The notes under the pieces are model-generated. The model had not been told where the DNA came from, made no database searches, and saw only the letters and a list, made by a program, of their open reading frames with translations. From positions 50,395,932 to 50,428,181 of the forward strand of contig NC_068989.1 in NCBI RefSeq assembly GCF_001194135.2: DNA of 32,250 nucleotides, written 5' to 3'. Every line of letters starts with the position of its first letter. The stretch's first letter is position 1. The position numbers were made by a program, and so were the translations under genes. This document shows positions 24,013 through 32,250 of this stretch, in pieces. The stretch is from Octopus bimaculoides (Eukaryota).

Positions 24013-25875
24013 TTAAGACGTGGCACAGTATCCTATATCGTGATGTTGTTGATTAAATATATTATGTCAACTGGGAGTTTGTACTGTCTGTTGATTCACA
24101 ATACGGACCTCAAATAGCCAGTACTTTACGCAATATGCCTGCAGTTCCAAATAATACTGATTGTTGCAATAAATCTAGATTGGGGTGTATTTCTAAAGTT
24201 TCCACATGTTTCTTCAGTTTGGGTGGTTTTGAACCCAGTGCTCCGATGACAATAGGGACAACCTTTATATTTGACTCCCGGAGCTACCACATCTTGGTGA
24301 TCTCAATCCTCAGGTCTCCATATTTATCAATCTCTTCCCTTTTTCTCATGGCAATATGTTGGTCTCCTTGCCCTGCCAAGTCGATTATTAGACACTCTTG
24401 TTTGTCACACCTAAAGGTTGCTAGGTCCGGCCTTCGGTACTCTAACACCTTGTCTGTCGTCTGCAAGTCAAAGTCTCAGAATATTTTTGCCTTCCTGTTT
24501 TCGTCTAGTACCTTTTCTGGTGTAACCAGGCACCCGTTACCTAGTATCCATATTTCCGGCATAGTAGCCAGTGAAGGTTTTGGGCTCCCTTGTCGTATCT
24601 GCGCTTGTACTCTTTCTGCGCAAGACTTTTACCAGCATTAACAATGTGAGACACGCTTTCGACCCACTTCCCACCATTCTGCAGAGATTCGTAGCACTTG
24701 CGTTGTATATATCATTTTTCGTTAGAGTTGGTATTCAATGCCTGATGCTGGGCAGCGATTATTAGAGTTTCAGTCTTCTTTTTTAGGTCACTATTGCTGA
24801 GCAACCTCCGTGATGCTTCCTGATCTTTTAAGTTCTTAGTTACTGACCATGAAATTCCATGTGGAATAGAGTTTCTTCTCTCACGCTGGTTGTTCGTGAT
24901 TGGAATTCATTAACACTCTCAAGGCTCTTTGTTAAACCCTTCTGCATTAGCAGCATACTGTAGCAGATCTTGTTTGCTGTTTACCAAATATTCTGCCATG
25001 TTTCTTGTTTGCTGTTTATCAAATATTTTGCCATGTTTCTTCTTTCACTGTCGATGCACTCCCGTACGCTATTCAGCCCACGCCCACCTTTTCACCTCTT
25101 CATGTAGAGCCTGTGTACGTTCACCTTAGGGTGGAGGGCACCATGCATTATCATGTTATCTCGGTTAGTGCAATCGAATTCGTTAATCTACGCAAGTGTT
25201 CATTTCAGGATGAGTTTTAGCCTTCAACCTCTGTTTTAATTCTTCAATCACAACCTTGATTCCCTTTCTCCTCACCCTACACTTTCTCAACATATTTCTC
25301 TCGCTGAACTTCATTTCTTTTTTTTCCGTTCCAGAATATTAATGTTTTCTGGTCTCATTATTAGACTGCGTTATTCTCCTTTTCCACCATGGTTCCTTCA
25401 GGTTATTTTGACATTTACCTTTGGCTTTCAAACATAACTTCCGGTCTATAAAGTTCGAGATATTGCATTTATCAGATTGTTGGTGTCTGTAATGTTGTCA
25501 GTCCTGATATCACCAGTGATATCACCTATCTTCCTGACCTATTCATTCAGTTTCTTTCTGTCTACTTTTTTAAACCCCGTATAAAAGCCCTGTTCACCAG
25601 GGGGCCAAATATCAATGATTTCATTTAAAATGGATATCTGTTCTTCGGTTCTCTCATCGCTTTCCTGATGAATAATCTCAGCCTCATGTTCGTTTTCTTC
25701 CTTCAACTCTATTACCTAAGCACCCGTCTCTTAATGCTTTCTAATTCAACTGGATCTAACCATTCATTCTTCCTGATGGCTCTAGCTTGGTCACACAGAT
25801 TTTGTTCACTTAATTCAAATAGGCATCTGTCGCTCTATGCCCTGTGCATTCTTTTCTTACATCCCCTAGCGGGTA
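24013..25875 (-). mobile_element. R4/Dong-type retrotransposon with internal deletion of the RT domain
   Basis: N-terminal RGCKKRMHRA*...[32 protein letters not shown] and KGIKVVIEELKQRLKAK join at ~25157 to MHGALHPKVNVHRLYMKR*KGGRGL, then LKKKTETLIIAAQHQALNT, CRM..ESVSHIV...EYKRRYD, RRPDL...CLIIDLA, IVIGALG, LFGTAGILRKVLAI*; bounded by (TTA)n at 23990-24012 and 25876-25978. Confidence 0.9.
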
Positions 25876-25883
25876 CATTATTA

Positions 25884-25951
<68 letters not shown>

Positions 25952-25978
25952 TTGATTATTATTATTATTATTATTATT
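25876..25978. repeat. (TTA)n tract
   Basis: Direct reading. Confidence 0.97.
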
Positions 25979-26186
25979 TCAGTGAGAGAGCATTGCATGC
26001 CATCAAAGTGACACTGGGGTAAAATATCCGAAGCCCATTATACCCATCATGACTACCCGTCTGATAAGGATACACCAGGCACATGCATCACAACCATATG
26101 TGCGCGACATGGTGATCTCATATCAAGATAAACAGGTGGGGGCCCAGTTAGAATTTTTTTTCAGTTCGAGTAGCCCATCCCGCTCA
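25979..26186 (-). mobile_element. 208-bp non-coding insert between (TAA)n tracts; probable 3' UTR-only copy of another TAA-associated retroelement
   Basis: Unique sequence with sharp boundaries to (TTA)n on both sides; no tRNA boxes or motif seen; assignment is inference from context. Confidence 0.45.
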
Positions 26187-26202
26187 TTATTATTATTATT
26201 AC

Positions 26203-26260
<58 letters not shown>

Positions 26261-26336
26261 GTTGTTGTTTTTGTTGTTGTTTTTGTTGTTGTTGCTGTTG
26301 TTGTTGTTGGTGTTGTTATTATTATTATTATTATTA

Positions 26337-26417
<81 letters not shown>
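26187..26417. repeat. Compound (TTA)n-(TTG)n-(TTA)n tract
   Basis: Direct reading. Confidence 0.97.
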
Positions 26418-26418
<1 letters not shown>

Positions 26419-28390
26419 ACATATCACAGTTTCAGGCACAATTCTACTACATCATCTGCTACACCTCCGTAATCCTGAGATGTGTGCAAGTATGCTGAAA
26501 TCTCAAGGAACACTGTTAAGTTTCTTGCAGGATTTAGGGATGGTACTTTCCTGCAGGAGATCATTAATGGGAGTTTTAATTCAAATCTCATTCTGGCTTT
26601 TAGGAAGCATTTTGGGTGTTGTGCCAAGTGTACCGATTACTATAGGAATGATTGTTGTTTGGATCTTCCACAGTCTCCTTAGTTCTCCAGCTATGTCATG
26701 ACATTTCTCAATTTCTTCCATTTGTTTGGTATCGATTCCGCTTTCTGAATTACAAAATCTATGATCTTATACTATTTTATTTTGTTCTCTATGATCATAT
26801 CCTGTCTTGTTGCTTCAATAGTATGGTCAGTCTTTGTGGAGAAATCCCTGAAGATCTTGCAATTCTCATTTTCTATCACAGCCTCTAGTTCCTGTACATA
26901 CCACTTTCTGCTGTTTTGAAGCCATACACTCAGCTTACATCTCAAGGCACACTTTTATCTATACAGTTATGTTTGCATTTATGCTCCTTTTTCGCCAGTA
27001 CACTGCATTCGCTCAAAAGGTGATTGATACTTTCGACTCTTTTCTTCCAGATTCAACGTTTGCTATCTGGCTCAGTTTCGTCGATATTTGTCTGTAGCAG
27101 GTTTGTTATAAGGGATTGTTCTTGAGCAATATAATTCGTGTTTCTCACTCTCGTTTCAGGTTCCTATCCGTCAACCAGAGCCAGCGGTCTTTATTTCCGA
27201 CATTCTTGGTTTACTGCATGAACTGGACACGTAATTCCATCTCTTTATATCTATTTCCTCTATTGTTCTTTCGTTTCTCCTTGAATTCTCCTACTGTTTC
27301 GGTCGTATGGTGGGTATGTTTGACTGCCAATAGTATTCTTCCTTTACTCTGCACAATATAATTTTCGTACTATTATGGGTGGTGTCTGCGTTTAGTAATC
27401 CTAGTAATCTCAAACCATCTTCATTTCTTGGTATATAGTCGACCGGTATTGCTTTTATGGTGGAGTGATTTCTCTATCGTGAGCAGCTTTCTAGTTATTC
27501 TACCCAAGTTCTGAAGGTCAACCTTTGTCCATTTCAGAAAGGAAGCAGTGTATCTCGATAGTGGCTTAGCCCCTGAATTTATGACTTCGATGATGTTTCT
27601 ACCATTTAATTTTATTTCGAGCATCTTCCTATATTCCTCTTGTTTTCTTTATGAACTTTCTCTCTCATTCCGCCTTCCATTATTTTGTTGTCGTGCAGCA
27701 CTCCTAGATATTTGTACCCCTCATTCCACAGAGACCCAATGATGCCGTCTGGTGGTTATTTTACGCTGAGTTTACATTCTGATTTTCATAATTTGTACTG
27801 CGCATTTTTACCCCAAACTGTATTCCGATATCTTTACTGAATATTCTTATTGTATGGATCATAGAATCTAGGTCTATTTCATTGTTTTGTATGCAGCTTT
27901 ATTCATCCATATAAAGTAGATGATTTATGGTCATGTTTGATTTGGTAAACAAGCCTGCATGCTTTTATACTTTTCAGGGGCATTAACGCAAAGAAAAAGC
28001 GTAATGAAAAGAGTGAGTCGCCTTGGAACACGCCTTTGCGTATTTTCACGTTACCTAACTATTCATTTGCGCTTGTCAATTCTATTTCCAATGCTGGCAT
28101 TGCTTTCTCCTAAAAGTCCATATTCTTGTTGTTCCAAGTGTCCTCAGACACACCAAGAGCCAGCTCTGTGGGATATTGTCGTAAGCCTTCTTGTAATCTG
28201 TCCATCCAAATAATAAATTCTTCTACCTTCTTTGTGCCTCATTTAATACTCTGCTATGGGTAATATCAGATCAGCAGCACCTCTTGATTCCTTTCTACAA
28301 TCATTTTGCTCCTCAGTCAGTAAGTTTCTCCTTTTCCAGAAAACTACTTACTACATCAGCTATGAAACCAGTTAACATAGAGTTAACATA
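26418..28390 (-). mobile_element. R4/Dong-type retrotransposon, longest copy: RT domains ~2-7, zinc knuckle, RLE (decayed)
   Basis: LTEEQNDCRKESRG; WTDYKKAYDNIP; KIRKGVFQGDSLFSL; INHLLYMDE*; IRIFSKDIGIQFG; EGYKYLGVL; KLNGRNIIEVINS; AQEQSL..N; ESINHLLSECSVLAKKE; ENENCKIFRDF...TIEATRQD; IIPIVIGTLG; many stops and frameshifts. Confidence 0.92.
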
Positions 28391-28779
28391 GAGTTAACAG
28401 AGTAATGTTTTTATATCATATAAGGGATGCTGCCAAGCAATATGAAAGTTGCTATTGATATAATGGATATTTTCGGTAAATATGATGGCGCGTGTTGCGT
28501 TATTTATTTGAATGTTGATCGTACTAACATTATTGCGTCAGTTCTTCTTTCATTGGTTGGAATCTATACACTTGTTTAAACCGTGTACGGTAAATGTACT
28601 ATTAGAGATGTGATATTGAATTGTGGTATTCATAGGACGTGGACTGTGACCAGCAGTGTCATACCTCGGGCTGTGTAGCGGAAACTATCTTATATATGCA
28701 AACTTTTTTAATATATATTTTATCTTGCCTACTCCTTCCATTTTAATATGAACTGAATTTACCTTCATATCTGCATCCT

Positions 28780-29140
28780 GACAGATTCCCCACACAATTT
28801 CCAGCAATATTTTAGCCAGATGGGGGCTCAATCTGGGTCAGACTACATCTCTTTCCTTGAAGTTTTCCCTTATTGCCAAGTGGCAGGCTTGATCCCCATT
28901 TCAGACTTGATCGCCATGATCCAGGATTGAGGTAGACCCCTTCCGTTTCGGTCAAGACATAAACGAGTCTTTTTAAGTTTCATTTCGAAAGAAAAGTGAG
29001 GGTGGAGAGGAAATTGCTATCACCCAATGAATTTATGAAAAGTTGGGTGACAGTCGCAAAAATTAAAGTGAATGGCCCTAATCTAAGCATGCACCAGTAT
29101 ATTGGTGAGCAACAGTTGGGTTTTTAGTGGTCAGAATAAT
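28780..29140 (+). mobile_element. Heavily deleted L1/Tx1-type LINE ORF2 remnant
   Basis: LNLGQT (cf. INLDQSKAFD) and FKFHFERKVRVERKLLSPNEFMKSWVTVAK, resembling the C-terminus of L1/Tx1-type ORF2 proteins as I recall them; recognition only. Confidence 0.4.
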
Positions 29141-29399
29141 ACTGGGGCTGTGATGTCCGTAGATTGTTGGAGTTTTTTCTGCATAAGGAAGACGGCAATA
29201 CTCATGTTATCACGTACATTGAATACGATATATAGTTTTACGACATTCAACGTCTTTCAATTTCTTCCGCCTTATGTGTTATGTAAACTCTCACTCAAAT
29301 TATTAACTGCCGTTTTGATGCCCAACCTCACTGATGCCTCAGTGGCTGATAAAAGAAGCCATTCTTCTTATTGCTGTTGTTATCATTTTTGTTGTTGTT

Positions 29400-29630
29400 T
29401 ACCCTGTTCACCACCACCGCCGCCGCCACCGCCGCCAAGGCCACCACCACCACTAAAACCACCACCACCACCACCACCACCACCATCATGATCATCATCA
29501 TTATCATCATCATGTTCTTCATATTATTTTTTTGCATCGTCGTCGTTGTTGTTATTCTTTATTTTCCACCTCCTCCTCTTCTTCTTTCCTTTCTTCTTCT
29601 TTCTCTTCTTCTTTCTCTTCTTCTTCTTCT

Positions 29631-29665
<35 letters not shown>

Positions 29666-30189
29666 TTCTTTTTCTTCTTCTTCTTCTTCTTCTTCCTTTT
29701 CTTCTTCTTCTTCTTCTNNNNNNNNNNNNNNNNNNNNNNNNNNNNNNNNNNNNNNNNNNNNNNNNNNNNNNNNNNNNNNNNNNNNNNNNNNNNNNNNNNN
29801 NNNNNNNNNNNNNNNNNNNNNNNNNNNNNNNNNNNNNNNNNNNNNNNNNNNNNNNNNNNNNNNNNNNNNNNNNNNNNNNNNNNNNNNNNNNNNNNNNNNN
29901 NNNNNNNNNNNNNNNNNNNNNNNNNNNNNNNNNNNNNNNNNNNNNNNNNNNNNNNNNNNNNNNNNNNNNNNNNNNNNNNNNNNNNNNNNNNNNNNNNNNN
30001 NNNNNNNNNNNNNNNNNNNNNNNNNNNNNNNNNNNNNNNNNNNNNNNNNNNNNNNNNNNNNNNNNNNNNNNNNNNNNNNNNNNNNNNNNNNNNNNNNNNN
30101 NNNNNNNNNNNNNNNNNNNCTTCTTCTTCTTCTTCTTCTTCTTCTTCTTCTTCTTCTTCTTCTTCTTCCTCTTCCCTTTCTTCTTCTTC

Positions 30190-30253
<64 letters not shown>

Positions 30254-30255
30254 CA
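29400..30255. repeat. Compound (CCA)/(CCG)/(CAT)/(CTT)n ... (TTA)n tract spanning a gap
   Basis: Direct reading; gap 29718-30119. Confidence 0.95.
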
Positions 30256-30605
30256 TCACTGCTACTATTAGAGTTAATAGCGATAAGAATAAAATTACTA
30301 TCAGCAGCATTGGGCTACAGACAGAAATTGCTTCTTGAATTAGCCCATATTAATTAAATAAGAACCATGTAATTTGTCAAAGCAATCGTAGTTCTTGTTT
30401 CTCTTTTGCTTTACTTATTTCTTATCATATTATTTCATACGTTTAATCACCATAAATCATTCTTTGCAATTCTTAGTTATTATCAAATCATGTTCATAAA
30501 AAATGCCAACAGACTGGAGATAGTTGAACAAGACTGGACATGTAGACGTACATACACACAAAAATGCATACATGCATACATACATGCATACATACATGCA
30601 TGCAT

Positions 30606-30670
30606 ACAGATAGACAGCAGACACTGAGACAGACCGATAGATAAACAGATATAGATTTCGAGAAACATAG
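30606..30670 (+). repeat. 65-bp exact duplicate of 31200-31264
   Basis: ACAGATAGACAGCAGACACTGAGACAGACCGATAGATAAACAGATATAGATTTCGAGAAACATAG occurs at both positions. Confidence 0.95.
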
Positions 30671-31264
30671 ATATACGAATTTGTATATGTATATATATAT
30701 ATATATACTCTTCTCTACTGTTTTTTGTTCTGTGTGTATCAAAAATATCGCTATCAATTTAGAGTAATAATTTGTAGTTTTGTAATCAGTAGTTCTTTGG
30801 CTGCTATTTCTGAATTCTCAGTATGTTGGAGAAGCAGGTTACTGTCAACCCCTATATATTTATGATTATNNNNNNNNNNNNNNNNNNNNNNNNNNNNNNN
30901 NNNNNNNNNNNNNNNNNNNNNNNNNNNNNNNNNNNNNNNNNNNNNNNNNNNNNNNNNNNNNNNNNNNNNNNNNNNNNNNNNNNNNNNNNNNNNNNNNNNN
31001 NNNNNNNNNNNNNNNNNNNNNNNNNNNNNNNNNNNNNNNNNNNNNNNNNNNNNNNNNNNNNNNNNNNNNNNNNNNNNNNNNNNNNNNNNNNNNNNNNNNN
31101 NNNNNNNNNNNNNNNNNNNNNNNNNNNNNNNNNNNNNNNNNNNNNNNNNNNNNNNNNNNNNNNNNNNNNNNNNNNNNNNNNNNNNNNNNNNNNNNNNNNA
31201 CAGATAGACAGCAGACACTGAGACAGACCGATAGATAAACAGATATAGATTTCGAGAAACATAG

Positions 31265-32250
31265 TCATAGAACGCTGGACAGAAACATTGATGAACGAAC
31301 ATTTTCCTAGACTTGAGACGCTAGGAGAACAAAAACATAAGTCATGCACGCGCACCCACACCAAAACAAAAACAGACATCGAAAAAAAGAATGAAGCAAC
31401 AGATTCTAAATTCAAAGCTGTTAACGTCATGGATACTGTTAACAGCCCTGTCACCACCACCAACACCAACAACAAAAACAAAACTGTAACCAAGGTTAAA
31501 AACAATGCGTAAAAACCGTCACAAATGTCTCTGACGTAAGCACCATTACTGCTGACGCCATCATCACCACCACCACCACCAACAACGAAAACAACAACAA
31601 AAACAACAACAATAACAACAACAACAACAGCAAGGACGCAAATTTATCGGCCGTCAGCACCGACATCACCACCTGTTCAACAAACTCTGCTGCCACTACC
31701 ACCACCTTTGAACCCGGCAGTACCAACACCAACACAAACAAAAATTTTCCAAAGAACATGTCCGCCAGTACAACAAAAACAAATTTCGCCGATGCTATAA
31801 AGGAAAAAAGGAGAATAGTGACATTCACACAACAAAAAATTAAAAACACAAAATCCCTTCTTACGAAAGAAGGCGATGATGTTAAAATAAACATTCCAAA
31901 AGATATTATAGAACAAAAAAACAAAAAATGCATCATTTATAAACTGGTAAACACAAAAACCAGACGTGCAGAAAATTTTAGCACAGATAAGATCGAGATG
32001 TGTCTTAAAAGCGTATGGGCACATCAAGAGCATGTCACGTGGGGACGGAAATTTGCCACGGTACAGGTGAGATTCATAAATGAAAATTTAGCGAAGCAAT
32101 TTTCGACACTCTCTCCGCACAGATAACTTGGTGATGATACCGAGTTATCTTGGACAGAGAGTGACCAAAGTAATTATAAAAAACGTGCCACCAGAAGTGG
32201 ACACCCAATGGGTAGTATCCGCCGTATGCCTCGAAATGGAGGAGGCAAAT
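31265..32250 (+). mobile_element. 5' end of a LINE: ORF1-like protein with Thr/Asn-rich N-terminus, two frameshifts, runs off the window
   Basis: A-rich sense strand; frames 31288-31512, ~31499-32126 and ~32110-end chain together; last frame LRTDNLVMIPSYLGQRVTKVIIKNVPPEVDTQWVVSAV resembles the RRM-like segment of LINE ORF1. Clade (L1/Tx1-like) is inference. Confidence 0.65.

Noticed and set aside
26049-26498. Poly-Leu 'membrane protein'
   Set aside because: (TTA/TTG)n tail of retroelements.
28372-28402. GTTAACATAGA x3
   Set aside because: Short local tandem duplication at the R4 5' break, not a CRISPR-like or regulatory array.
29371-30357. Long ORFs (328, 268, 252, 241 aa)
   Set aside because: Homopolymeric translations of trinucleotide repeats plus N gap; open in several frames.

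Overview
Eukaryotic, AT-rich, extremely microsatellite-rich DNA with four assembly gaps (2594-2775, 3761-3979, 29718-30119, 30870-31199). The SINE families and simple-repeat load look like an octopus (cephalopod) genome; this is recognition from memory, not a database result. I find no convincing host gene, and almost all ORFs in the supplied track are microsatellite or transposon artefacts. The window is a transposable-element graveyard: (i) at least seven decayed non-LTR retrotransposon pieces of the restriction-like-endonuclease (RLE) R4/Dong type, most stacked head-to-tail in two 'trains' joined by (TAA)n tracts, one copy lacking its whole RT; (ii) about 15 tRNA-derived SINE copies of three families; (iii) DNA transposons: a DD36E Tc1-like 3' end, a mariner split by a hAT-type element with an 8-bp TSD, and a 595-bp mariner deletion derivative with an open DNA-binding-domain ORF; (iv) faint Gypsy, Penelope, RTE and L1/Tx1 remnants; (v) a young-looking LINE ORF1 at the right edge whose 5' flank is duplicated across a gap. 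The most interesting pattern is a microsatellite-partitioned 'guild' in which element tails appear to provide landing sites for the next insertion.
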